From positions 1-64,000 of the forward strand of contig JAUCBJ010007113.1 of NCBI GenBank assembly GCA_032718475.1: a stretch of DNA of 64,000 nucleotides, written 5' to 3'. Made by a program: the position numbers and the translations under genes. A model generated the notes under the pieces. That model ran no database searches, was not told where the DNA came from, and worked only from the letters and a program-made list of their open reading frames with translations. This stretch comes from Nemertoderma westbladi. Taxonomy: Eukaryota; Animalia; Xenacoelomorpha. This document shows positions 52,201-64,000 of the stretch, piece by piece (the stretch's first letter is position 1; every line of letters begins with the position of its first letter).

Positions 52201-55200
52201 TGTGTCTAGCACAGCCACCCAGCCGCCATTCAGTACAGAATGGGTGTGGCTAGCACAGCCACCCAGTCGCCACTCAGTACAGAATGGCTGTGTCTAGTAC
52301 AGCCACCCAGTCGCCACTCCGTACAGAATGGGGGTGTCTAGCACAGCCACCCAGCCGCCACTCAGTACAGAATGGGGGTGTCTAGCACAGCCACCCAGCC
52401 GCCACTCAGTACAGAATGGGGGTGTCTAGCACAGCCACCCAGCCGCCACTCAGTACAGAATGGGTGTGTCTAGCACAGCCACCCCAGCCGCCACTCCGTA
52501 CAGAATTGGTGTGTCTAGCACAGCCACCCAGTCGCCATTCAGTACAGAATGGGTGTGTCTAGCACAGCCACACAGCCGCCACTCCGTACAGAATTGGTGT
52601 GTCTAGCACAGCCACCCAGTCGCCATTCAGTACAGAATGGGTGTGGCTAGCACAGCCACCCAGTCGCCACTCAGTACAGAATGGCTGTGTCTAGTACAGC
52701 CACCCAGCCGCCACTCCGTACAGAATGGGTGTGTCTAGCACAGCCACCCGGCAGCCACTCAGTACAGAATGGGTGTGTCTAGCACAGCCACCCAGCCGCC
52801 ACTCAGTACAGAATGGGTGTGTCTAGCACAGCCACCCAGCCGCCATCAGTACAGAATGGGTGTGTCTAGCACAGCCACCCAGCAGCCACTCAGTACAGAA
52901 TGGGTGTGTCTAGCACAGCCACCCCAGCCGCCACTCAGTACAGAATGGGTGTGTCTAGCACAGCCACCCCAGCCGCCACTCAGTACAGAATGGGTGTGTC
53001 TAGCACAGCCACCCAGCCGCCACTCAGTACAGAATGGGGGTGTCTAGCACAGCCACCCAGCCGCCACTCAGTACAGAATGGCTGTGTCTAGCACAGCCAC
53101 CCAGCCGCCACTCAGTACAGAATGGGTGTGTCTAGCACAGCCACCCCAGCCGCCACTCAGTACAGAATGGGTGTGTCTAGCACAGCCACCCAGCCGCCAG
53201 TCAGTACAGAATGGGTGTGTCTAGCACAGCCACCCAGCCGCCACTCAGTACAGAATGGGTGTGTCTAGCACAGCCACCCAGTCGCCACTCAGTACAGAAT
53301 GGGTGAGTCTAGCACAGCCACCAAGTCGCCACTCAGTACAGAATGGGTGTGTCTAGCACAGCCACCCAGCCGCCACCCAGTACAGAATGGGTGTGTCTAG
53401 CACAGCCACCCAGTCGCCACTCAGTACAGAATGGGTGTGTCTAGCACAGCCACCCAGCCGCCATACAGTACAGAATGGGTGTGTCTAGCACAGCCACCCA
53501 GCCGCCACTCAGTACAGAATGGGTGTGTCTAGCACAGCCACCCCAGCCGCCACTCCGTACAGAATGGGTGTGTCTAGCACAGCCACCCCAGCCGCCACTC
53601 CGTACAGAATGGGTGTGTCTAGCACAGCCACCCAGCCGCCACTCAGTACAGAATGGGTGTGTCTAGCACAGCCACCCAGCCGCCAGTCAGTACAGAATGG
53701 GTGTGTCTAGCACAGCCACCCAGCCGCCACTCAGTACAGAATGGGTGTGTCAGGCACAGCCACCCAGCCGCCACTCAGTACAGAATGGGTGTGTCTAGCA
53801 CAGCCACTCCAGCCGCCACTCCGTACAGAATGGGTGTGTCTAGCACAGCCACCCCAGCCGCCACTCCGTACAGAATGGGTGTGTCTGTCTAGCACAGCCA
53901 CCCAACCGCCATTCAGTACAGAATGGGTGTGGCTAGCACAGCCACCCAGCCGCCACCCAGTACAGAATGGCTGTGTCTAGCACAGCCACCCAGCCGCCAC
54001 TCAGTACAGAATGGGTGTGTCAGGCACAGCCACCCAGCCGCCACTCAGTACAGAATGGGTGTGTCTAGCACAGCCACCCAAGCCGCCACTCCGTACAGAA
54101 TGGGTGTGTCTAGCACGGCCACCCAGTCGCCACTCAGTACAGAATGGGTGTGTCTAGCACAGCCACCCAGCCGCCACTCAGTACAGAATGGGTGTGTCTA
54201 GCACAGCCACCCAGCCGCCACTCAGTACAGAATGGGTGTGTCTAGCACAGCCACCCAGCCGCCACTCAGTACAGAATGGGTGTGTCTAGCACAGCCACCC
54301 AGCCGCCACTCAGTACAGAATGGGTGTGTCTAGCACAGCCACCCAGCCGCCACTCAGTACAGAATGGGTGTGTCTAGCACAGCCACCCAGCCGCCACTCA
54401 GTACAGAATGGGTGTGTCTAGCACAGCCACCCAGCCGCCACTCAGTACAGAATGGGTGTGTCTAGCACAGCCACCCCAGCCGCCACTCAGTACAGAATGG
54501 GTGTGTCTAGCACAGCCACCCAGCCGCCACTCAGTACAGAATGGGTGTGTCTAGCACAGCCACCCAGCCGCCACTCAGTACAGAATGGGTGTGTCTAGCA
54601 CAGCCACCCAGCCGCCACTCAGTACAGAATGGGTGTGTCTAGCACAGCCACCCAGCCGCCACTCAGTACAGAATGGGTGTGTCTAGCACAGCCACCCAGC
54701 CGCCACTCAGTACAGAATGGGTGTGTCTAGCACAGCCACCCAGCCGCCACTCAGTACAGAATGGGTGTGTCTAGCACAGCCACCCCAGCCGCCACTCAGT
54801 ACAGAATGGGTGTGTCTAGCACAGCCACCCAGCCGCCACTCCGTACAGAATGGGTGTGTCTAGCACAGCCACCCAGCAGCCACTCAGTACAGAATGGGTG
54901 TGTCTAGCACAGCCACCCAGCCGCCACTCAGTACAGAATGGGTGTGTCTAGCACAGCCACCCAGCCGCCACTCAGTACAGAATGGGTGTGTCTAGCACAG
55001 CCACCCAGCAGCCACTCAGTACAGAATGGGTGTGTCTAGCACAGCCACCCCAGCCGCCACTCAGTACAGAATGGGTGTGTCTAGCACAGCCACCCCAGCC
55101 GCCACTCAGTACAGAATGGGTGTGTCTAGCACAGCCACCCCAGCCGCCACTCAGTACAGAATGGGTGTGTCTAGCACAGCCACCCAGCCGCCAGTCAGTA

Positions 55201-58200
55201 CAGAATGGGTGTGTCTAGCACAGCCACCCAGCCGCCACTCCGTACAGAATTGGTGTGTCTAGCACAGCCACCCAGTCGCCACTCCGTACAGAATGGGGGT
55301 GTCTAGCACAGCCACCCAGCCGCCACTCAGTACAGAATGGGGGTGTCTAGCACAGCCACCCAGCCGCCACTCAGTACAGAATGGGGGTGTCTAGCACAGC
55401 CACCCAGCCGCCACTCAGTACAGAATGGGTGTGTCTAGCACAGCCACCCCAGCCGCCACTCCGTACAGAATTGGTGTGTCTAGCACAGCCACCCAGTCGC
55501 CATTCAGTACAGAATGGGTGTGTCTAGCACAGCCACACAGCCGCCACTCCGTACAGAATTGGTGTGTCTAGCACAGCCACCCAGTCGCCATTCAGTACAG
55601 AATGGGTGTGGCTAGCACAGCCACCCAGTCGCCACTCAGTACAGAATGGCTGTGTCTAGTACAGCCACCCAGCCGCCACTCCGTACAGAATGGGTGTGTC
55701 TAGCACAGCCACCCGGCAGCCACTCAGTACAGAATGGGTGTGTCTAGCACAGCCACCCAGCCGCCACTCAGTACAGAATGGGTGTGTCTAGCACAGCCAC
55801 CCAGCCGCCATCAGTACAGAATGGGTGTGTCTAGCACAGCCACCCAGCAGCCACTCAGTACAGAATGGGTGTGTCTAGCACAGCCACCCCAGCCGCCACT
55901 CAGTACAGAATGGGTGTGTCTAGCACAGCCACCCCAGCCGCCACTCAGTACAGAATGGGTGTGTCTAGCACAGCCACCCAGCCGCCACTCAGTACAGAAT
56001 GGGGGTGTCTAGCACAGCCACCCAGCCGCCACTCAGTACAGAATGGCTGTGTCTAGCACAGCCACCCAGCCGCCACTCAGTACAGAATGGGTGTGTCTAG
56101 CACAGCCACCCCAGCCGCCACTCAGTACAGAATGGGTGTGTCTAGCACAGCCACCCAGCCGCCAGTCAGTACAGAATGGGTGTGTCTAGCACAGCCACCC
56201 AGCCGCCACTCAGTACAGAATGGGTGTGTCTAGCACAGCCACCCAGTCGCCACTCAGTACAGAATGGGTGAGTCTAGCACAGCCACCAAGTCGCCACTCA
56301 GTACAGAATGGGTGTGTCTAGCACAGCCACCCAGCCGCCACCCAGTACAGAATGGGTGTGTCTAGCACAGCCACCCAGTCGCCACTCAGTACAGAATGGG
56401 TGTGTCTAGCACAGCCACCCAGCCGCCATACAGTACAGAATGGGTGTGTCTAGCACAGCCACCCAGCCGCCACTCAGTACAGAATGGGTGTGTCTAGCAC
56501 AGCCACCCCAGCCGCCACTCCGTACAGAATGGGTGTGTCTAGCACAGCCACCCCAGCCGCCACTCCGTACAGAATGGGTGTGTCTAGCACAGCCACCCAG
56601 CCGCCACTCAGTACAGAATGGGTGTGTCTAGCACAGCCACCCAGCCGCCAGTCAGTACAGAATGGGTGTGTCTAGCACAGCCACCCAGCCGCCACTCAGT
56701 ACAGAATGGGTGTGTCAGGCACAGCCACCCAGCCGCCACTCAGTACAGAATGGGTGTGTCTAGCACAGCCACTCCAGCCGCCACTCCGTACAGAATGGGT
56801 GTGTCTAGCACAGCCACCCCAGCCGCCACTCCGTACAGAATGGGTGTGTCTGTCTAGCACAGCCACCCAACCGCCATTCAGTACAGAATGGGTGTGGCTA
56901 GCACAGCCACCCAGCCGCCACCCAGTACAGAATGGCTGTGTCTAGCACAGCCACCCAGCCGCCACTCAGTACAGAATGGGTGTGTCAGGCACAGCCACCC
57001 AGCCGCCACTCAGTACAGAATGGGTGTGTCTAGCACAGCCACCCAAGCCGCCACTCCGTACAGAATGGGTGTGTCTAGCACGGCCACCCAGTCGCCACTC
57101 AGTACAGAATGGGTGTGTCAGGCACAGCCACCCAGTCGCCACTCAGTACAGAATGGGTGTGTCTAGCACAGCCATCCAGCCGCCACTCAGTACAGAATGG
57201 GTGTGTCTAGCATAGCCACCCAGTCGCCACTCAGTACAGAATGGGTGAGTCTAGCACAGCCACCCAGCCGCCACTCAGTACAGAATGGGTGAGTCTATTA
57301 CAGCCACCCAGCCGCCACTCAGTACAGAATGGGTGTGTCTAGCACAGCCACCCAGCCGCCACTCAGTACAGAATGGGTGTGTCTAGCACAGCCACCCAGC
57401 CGCCACTCAGTACAGAATGGGTGTGTCTAGTACAGCCACCCAGCCGCCACTCAGTACAGAATGGGTGTGACTAGCACAGCCACCCAGCCGCCACTCAGTA
57501 CAGAATGGGTGTGTCTAGCACAGCCACCCAGCCGCCACTCCGTACAGAATGGGTGTGTCTAGCACAGCCACCCAGCAGCCACTCCGTACAGAATGGGTGT
57601 GTCTAGCACAGCCACCCAGCAGCCACTCAGTACAGAATGGGTGTGTCTAGCACAGCCACCCAGCCACCACCCAGTACAGAATGGGTGTGTCTAGCACAGC
57701 CACCCAGCAGCCACTCAGTACAGAATGCGTGTGTCTAGCACAGCCACCCCAGCCGCCACTCAGTACAGAATGGGTGTGTCTAGCACAGCCACCCAGCCGC
57801 CACTCAGTACAGAATGGGTGTGTCTAGCACAGCCACCCAGCAGCCACTCAGTACAGAATGGGTGTGTCTAGCACAGCCACCCCAGCCGCCACTCAGTACA
57901 GAATGGGTGTGTCTAGCACAGCCACCCAGCCGCCACTCCGTACAGAATGGGTGTGTCTAGCACAGCCACCCAGCCGCCATACAGTTCAGAATGGGTGTGT
58001 CTAGCACAGCCACCCAGCCGCCACTCAGTACAGAATGGGTGTGTCTAGCACAGCCACCCAGCCGCCATACAGTACAGAATGGGAGTGTCTAGCACAGCCA
58101 CCCAGCCGCCACTCATTACAGAATGGGTGTGTCTAGCACAGCCACCCAGCCGCCATACAGTACAGAATGGGTGTGTCTAGCACAGCCACCCAGCCGCCAC

Positions 58201-59829
58201 TCAGTACAGAATGGGTGTGTCTAGCACAGCCACCCAGCCGCCACTCAGTACAGAATGGGTGTGTCTAGCACAGCCACCCAGCCGCCATACAGTTCAGAAT
58301 GGGTGTGTCTAGCACAGCCACCCAGCCGCCACTCAGTACAGAATGGGTGTGTCTAGCACAGCCACCCAGCCGCCATACAGTACAGAATGGGAGTGTCTAG
58401 CACAGCCACCCAGCCGCCACTCATTACAGAATGGGTGTGTCTAGCACAGCCACCCAGCCGCCACTCAGTACAGAATGGGTGTGTCTAGCATAGCCACCCA
58501 GCCGCCACTCAGTACAGAATGGCTGTGTCTAGCACAGCCACCCAGCCGCCACTCAGTACAGAATGGGTGTGTCTAGCACAGCCACCCAGCCGCCACTCAG
58601 TACAGAATGGGTGTGTCTAGCACAGCCACCCAGCCGCCACTCAGTACAGAATGGGTGTGTCTAGCACAGCCACCCAGCCGCCATACAGTATAGAATGGGT
58701 GTGTCTAGCACAGCCACCCAGCCGCCACTCAGTACAGAATGGGTGTGTCTAGCACAGCCACCCAGCCGCCACTCAGTACAGAATGGGTGTGTCTAGCACA
58801 GCCACCCAGCCGCCACTCAGTACAGAATGGGTGTGTCTAGCACAGCCACCCAGCCGCCATACAGTACAGAATGGGTGTGTCTAGCACAGCCACCCAGTCG
58901 CCACTCATTACAGAAAGGGTGTGTCTAGCACAGCCACCCAGCCGCCACTCAGTACAGAATGGGTGTGTCTAGCACAGCCACCCAGCCGCCACTCAGTACA
59001 GAATGGGTGTGTCTAGCACAGCCATCCAGCCGCCATACAGTACAGAATGGGTGTGTCTAGCACAGCCACCCAGCCGCCACTCATTACAGAATGGGTGTGT
59101 CTAGCACAGCCACCCAGCCGCCATACAGTACAGAATGGGTGTGTCTAGCACAGCCACCCAGCCGCCACTCAGTACAGAATGGGTGTGTCTAGCACAGCCA
59201 TCCAGCCGCCATACAGTACAGAATGGGTGTGTCTAGCACAGCCACCCAGCCGCCACTCAGTACAGAATGGGTGTGTCTAGCACAGCCACCCAGCCGCCAC
59301 TCAGTACAGAATGGGTGTGTCTAGCACAGCCACCCAGCCGCCATACAGTACAGAATGGGAGCGTCTAGCACAGCCACCCAGCCGCCACTCAGTACAGAAT
59401 GGGTGTGTCTAGCATAGCCACCCAGCCGCCACTCAGTACAGAATGGCTGTGTCTAGCACAGCCACCCAGCCGCCACTCAGTACAGAATGGGTGTGTCTAG
59501 CATAGCCACCCAGCCGCCACTCAGTACAGAATGGCTGTGTCTAGCACAGCCACCCAGCCGCCACTCAGTACAGAATGGGTGTGTCTAGCACAGCCACCCA
59601 GCCGCCACTCAGTACAGAATGGGTGTGTCTAGCACAGCCACCCAGCCGCCACTCAGTACAGAATGGGTGTGTCTAGCACAGCCACCCAGTCGCCACTCAG
59701 TACAGAATGGGTGTGTCTAGCACAGCCACCCAGCCGCCATACAGTACAGAATGGGTGTGTCTAGCACAGCCACCCAGCCGCCACTCAGTACAGAATGGGT
59801 GTGTCTAGCACAGCCACCCCAGCCGCCAC
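49265..59829 (-). repeat. Tandem array 4, 44/45-bp unit, ~240 copies, derived from the last 15 codons of GSS
   Basis: The in-gene unit 59785-59829 is GTG GCG GCT GGG GTG GCT GTG CTA GAC ACA CCC ATT CTG TAC TGA; most copies lack one G. Confidence 0.98.
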
Positions 59830-61161
59830 ACCCCCATCATCATACGAAACATCCTTGGAGCGCATCAACCAACCCACTTCCCTATTGACTACAACCTCGG
59901 TCCCGCGGCCCAGAATCACCCCGAAGATCCCCAGTTCCGATACTACGTCGGCGGGTTGGATGGCCGAACCCGGACGCACAATGTAGTTGGGATGGGTCGG
60001 CGGGTATATCCGCTCCATGGCGACGAACTCCGAGAGTTGGGAAGACGGGGTCGATCGTATCACAGCGACCATCGCATCCCCGTATAAGTTATTACCGCCG
60101 CCTTCCCGCTGCGGTTTCAACACGAAGTCCAACGGACGTTCTAGAATCTCGGCTAATATTCCGCTATCCGGATCGTCTAAACTCCACATTTTCGCGAAAG
60201 TTTGTCGAATCGCCGAAATCTTGACCGGGTCGTCTAGCAACCGTTCCAGAACGCCGTCACACGATAGAACCTGCTGCACTTTCTTTGTGCCGGCGAGATG
60301 GTATCCGATGGAGGGGCAGTTTATAGCGAACGAGGCTTCCATCATGGATCGGGCATCCCAATCGCTATCCGTCGGATAATCATTGGGGTCGTAGCCACAC
60401 CGGTAGTAAACCACCGATATCTCGCGCCCTTTATACACCAACTTCCGGTTCGTTAAAACCCCAGACTTAGTGACGTCATTAAAAGTGACTCTAAACACCC
60501 TGCGTCTCGATCCCGAATCGTCCAAGGACTTTATCCCCAACTCTAGAAGTCTTTGGTCGAATACGTTCGAATCGATGTCACGAACTACGAACAGAATAGC
60601 AGTGTTACTAGACTTGTGGGACGTCTCGTAATATTTTACTGCGTCTAATAATCCCCGACACAATCCCAAACAACTGTCATTCGCCGGTATTTCTACTTCG
60701 TCGCACCGTAGAATATCGCGAGTAGCGTTTCTAAGATTAATCAACTTCCCGATTAAACAACCGAAACTAGCGGATATAGTATTCAGTTCAATTTGTCGCA
60801 AAACCCCGGAAATGCTCGTTTTAGAGGAGTTCACCATGTAATCGCTACGAAACAACCCCAACATGGGTTTATCTGCGCCGAACTGCAAATGCAAATCTAG
60901 AAGTTTCTTGGTGAATGAATCGTGTTTCACCGTCACCGAAAGAGAGTTATGGAGAAAGTTTTTGTTAGTCGCTACTCGATGAATCAACTCGTTGAAGTAT
61001 GTTTGTACGTTGAGCGCTCGGTGGAAGCAGTCTTTAGGGAAGGGCGTGCCGTATACGGTAAACGGAGCGATCTGCACGCCGCCCTGAGGATCTCGCATAA
61101 TCAGTCCGTTTATTAAGGCATAATCGGTTAGTGTTCGCTGGTCCTCAACGGATGGCTCCAT
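59785..61161 (-). CDS. GSS: Eukaryotic glutathione synthetase, 458 aa, intronless CDS
   Basis: LGLFRSDYM, QIELNTISASFG, VVYYRCGY, LAGTKKVQQ, FVLKPQREGGGNN, SELGIFG and GGVAAGVAVLD. First ATG at 61161 (the ORF track begins at a TTG at 61188). Confidence 0.96.
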   Translation of the reverse strand: MEPSVEDQRTLTDYALINGLIMRDPQGGVQIAPFTVYGTPFPKDCFHRALNVQTYFNELIHRVATNKNFLHNSLSVTVKHDSFTKKLLDLHLQFGADKPMLGLFRSDYMVNSSKTSISGVLRQIELNTISASFGCLIGKLINLRNATRDILRCDEVEIPANDSCLGLCRGLLDAVKYYETSHKSSNTAILFVVRDIDSNVFDQRLLELGIKSLDDSGSRRRVFRVTFNDVTKSGVLTNRKLVYKGREISVVYYRCGYDPNDYPTDSDWDARSMMEASFAINCPSIGYHLAGTKKVQQVLSCDGVLERLLDDPVKISAIRQTFAKMWSLDDPDSGILAEILERPLDFVLKPQREGGGNNLYGDAMVAVIRSTPSSQLSEFVAMERIYPPTHPNYIVRPGSAIQPADVVSELGIFGVILGRGTEVVVNREVGWLMRSKDVSYDDGGVAAGVAVLDTPILY

Positions 61162-61163
61162 TG

Positions 61164-61294
61164 CTATACCAATTTGGAGAGACAACAATAACTGCTAACT
61201 AATAATTATTAGTGCAATATACAATCCACGTGGACAAAACTTTAAAATGTCAGAATGTAGTCGCAATGTCAATTAAATAATAATCTCAGCTTAC
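61164..61294 (-). other. Probable 131-nt 5'UTR intron of GSS
   Basis: CCG|GTAAGC donor and TATAG|CA-ATG acceptor 2 nt upstream of the start codon. Confidence 0.5.
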
Positions 61295-61427
61295 CGGTAT
61301 ATCATGTTTATGTAGCTACGAGCAATAATTTGTAAGTGCAGCTGATATTCGAGTTCGAGAACGTTAATCAAAGCAAAACGTCTATTGAAACTCTAGACTG
61401 GAGCAAAATAAATAGACTGATAGAAGT

Positions 61428-61723
61428 GGCTACTGACCGGACCCACTGACCGGACCAACTGACCGAGCCCTCTAAATACCGTATTGAAAGCTTGATATTT
61501 GATTTATATTTTACTTGTTTATTATTGACCGGAGCATTATTACCACAATTAAGTAACCAGTATAATCTAGTAACATGTGTTAACTTTTGTTTATTGTTTT
61601 GGTTCCCCCAACACGCCTCTGTAACTGTAACCTGCTCCTTTACCAACCTGCTCCTTTAAATGACAATGGGTCCGGTCAACGGGTCCGGTCAATTGAGCAA
61701 TGGATCCGGTCAGGTCAGTAGCC
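61428..61723. mobile_element. MITE upstream of GSS
   Basis: TIR GGCTACTGACC/GGTCAGTAGCC with TGACCGGACC subterminal repeats. Confidence 0.75.
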
Positions 61724-62334
61724 TTTGACAAAATAAATATTTATAAAACAATGTAATAATTCTAAATTCGTTAATAAATTATAAACGTTGCTGATCTAGA
61801 AGAAACCATAAGAGTACTGGAGTACAGCAGAAAAAACATTTAATTCGTTGAGTATAAAGTGGAAATTAAAGTCTTTATTGTTCGTGATTTGCGGGCAAAA
61901 GAGGATATATTTTAAATAAATGTAATTTCATGTGTTCTCAGTTCTCTACCCGGACCTTCTGTATGCAATTTCGACCATCAGGTTATGGGTTAGCTACTTG
62001 TACTGTAGCCTGTTGTGCATAAATTGCATTGTGGGAGCATGGCCTACTGTTTCAGAAATAATTGCAGAATGAGTGGTTACTGGGTTAGGTAAGTAAAAGA
62101 TAAGGTTGCATAGACGCAGACGGGCGGAATAAGCCATTAACTAACAATAATGAACACATGTTAGAAGAGGCAGTAGATGGGTTAATTACTACATGTATAC
62201 AGTGTGTAGATACAGTAGATACTCTAGTAATGTCCTGTCAGCCTGTAGGAGTTCTGAATGTACCATATGGCAGAAAGTCCATGACCCCAGGAAATAGTTG
62301 CAACAACGGTAGTTACAGTAGTTTCGATTGTGTT

Positions 62335-62620
62335 GCAAGTTTCAATATTATTGCTATTTCTGAAACTTTTTTGAAAAATGACTTTTCACAACATTTATTA
62401 AATATATCTGGTTACCAGGCGCCTGTAGTCTGCAACAAAGCCAATGGGACAGCCTGTCCCCGGACAGCCCATGACGGTGTTGCAGTTTACCTACATGACG
62501 GGTTATCAACCTCACATAGATCAGATCTGACTTTACGAGATCTCGAAAACGTCTGGGTTGAACTGGATAACGGCACCAACACCTCTGTCGTTGTTGGTAC
62601 CATTTACAGACAAGGCAAGG
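62335..62620 (+). pseudogene. CR1-group LINE APE endonuclease fragment
   Basis: IIAISETFL, ISGY, GVAVYL, ENVWVEL and VVGTIYR. Confidence 0.8.
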
Positions 62621-62677
62621 CTCCGCTCATACTCTATTGAGTCATTCTACTGTATACAGTGTTGGTGTTGGTAAAAA

Positions 62678-64000
62678 GTCAGGTCAGGTCCCCAGATCCT
62701 GCTATCACTATGTCAGTAATGTGGTACTACCTGTAGCTGTCAGCCCTGTAGGGCAGCCCCGATAAACGCCAGTAGCCTATTCATTATTTAGTTGATCAAG
62801 AGTGGGTTGGTTTTAGCCCCGTGTAACAGGCTGAGATAACTCCCCGCCAAATATGACTCCCCAGTCATCTCAGCCTAGGCTGAGAACACTCCCCAGTTTT
62901 TTCCCTAGATTTCTTAATTAACAGAAAGGAGCAGGTTACAGTGGCGGGCTTTTCTAACCAAAACAATAAAAGATATCTCAATAACATAGGTTACAGTATT
63001 ATTTTTGCAATATACGAAACGAACACAGGTGCGGATATGAATTATAACTTAATTAGGGGAGTCATCTCAGCCTAAGCGGAGTCATCTCAGCCTAAGGGGA
63101 GTCATCTCAGCCTAAGGGGAGTCCTCTCAGCCAAAGGGAGTGTTCTCAGCCTAGCCTGAGATAACTGGTGAGTGTTCTTAGTCTAGGCTGAGATAACTGG
63201 GGAGTGTTCTCAGCGTAGGCTGAGACGACTGAGCAGTGTTCTTAGTCCGTCAACTAAATAAGTCATTGAGGGCTATAGCGCCTAGGGCGCCATTGAAGGC
63301 AAAGGCTTGATACGCATCTGCAATAGAGGTGATACACGCCCCGCTCTGTCTATACTGGATACCTAACCCAGGAGGCACACTTGTTTCAGGCTGTAACAAA
63401 AGGACCCCTACAGTCGGCAGCAGGGCTGTAGGATATGGATAGGCGGAAAGGTAATCAACCAACGGCTAGACATGCTGACAAGGTCAGCGGAAGGTAATCA
63501 ACCAACGGCGACCTACTGCGAAGATGCTTGTAGGAGTTGCGACAACAAGCGGTTTACACTCGCAACTGAAAGATATGAGTATGAGAACCCTCCAGGAGAA
63601 ATACCAGCTCGGTCGTCGCCCGGGTCAACAAGGACCGCGTCCCACAGTGGTACACCAGGCTGGGGTCGATAAATTGGCTACTGGATCAGAAGACAGAGAA
63701 GAAAGAAGAACCAACTTGTTGAAATGTAAAAAGACACTAAAGATTGCTACAATGAACGCACGCACGCTGAAAGCACATAGCAAACAGGGTGACATGGTCG
63801 CTCTGGCAATGGAATATAACATCAACATCATCTGCATCAAAGAACATCGGATTTGTCATGAAGACACTGCCATGAAGTACAATGACATTGGAAATGGAAG
63901 GACGTTAGTAACAAGCTCAGCGGTAAGAAACTCGGCCAATGCATCAATTGGTGGAGTAGGAATTCTGCTAAGCCCATTCGCACTTAAGACCCTAAACAAC
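62678..64000 (+). mobile_element. RTE copy, 5' end, running off the window; ORF open from ATG 63575
   Basis: Closely matches the reverse complement of 7636-8539; intact MSMRTLQEK...IATMNARTLKAHSKQGDMVAL. Confidence 0.92.
62823..63250. mobile_element. 428-bp foldback-like insertion in the RTE 5'UTR
   Basis: Absent from the 8.4-kb copy (GCCCCGT|CAACTAAA); internal GGGGAGTCATCTCAGCC / GGCTGAGA repeats in both orientations. Confidence 0.8.

Noticed and set aside
49600-57215. Plus-strand MGVSSTATQPP... ORFs
   Set aside because: Antisense translations of the GSS-derived repeat.
16162-59829. CRISPR interpretation of the four arrays
   Set aside because: Units are head-to-tail with no unique spacers, there are no cas genes, and the context is eukaryotic.
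61162-61188. N-terminal MLSLQIGIA extension of GSS
   Set aside because: Starts at TTG and lies in the candidate 5'UTR intron; ATG 61161 is the better start.

Overview
Repeat-rich, AT-rich animal (invertebrate-like) nuclear DNA, not prokaryotic. Two host genes are recognisable: (1) glutathione synthetase (GSS, minus strand, 59785-61161), with an intronless CDS and a probable 5'UTR intron; (2) three 5' coding exons of a synaptotagmin-14-like gene (minus strand, 30339->23164), which the ORF track misses. A decayed multi-exon plus-strand gene is also suggested at about 2.4-16.2 kb. About 22 kb consists of four unrelated tandem arrays that all have a 43-47 bp period. At least two, and probably three, were amplified in place from local sequence: the last 15 codons of GSS including its stop (~240 copies), the YADD motif of a dead LINE (21 copies), and a probable exon end plus splice donor (~114 copies). 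The rest is transposon debris: three copies of one RTE LINE family (one full length with a TSD), a Penelope-like element with an 11-bp TSD and a relic hammerhead ribozyme nested in an RTE, a tRNA-derived SINE, other LINE remnants and several MITEs. Coordinates and copy numbers were counted by eye; family names come from recalled motifs, not database searches.
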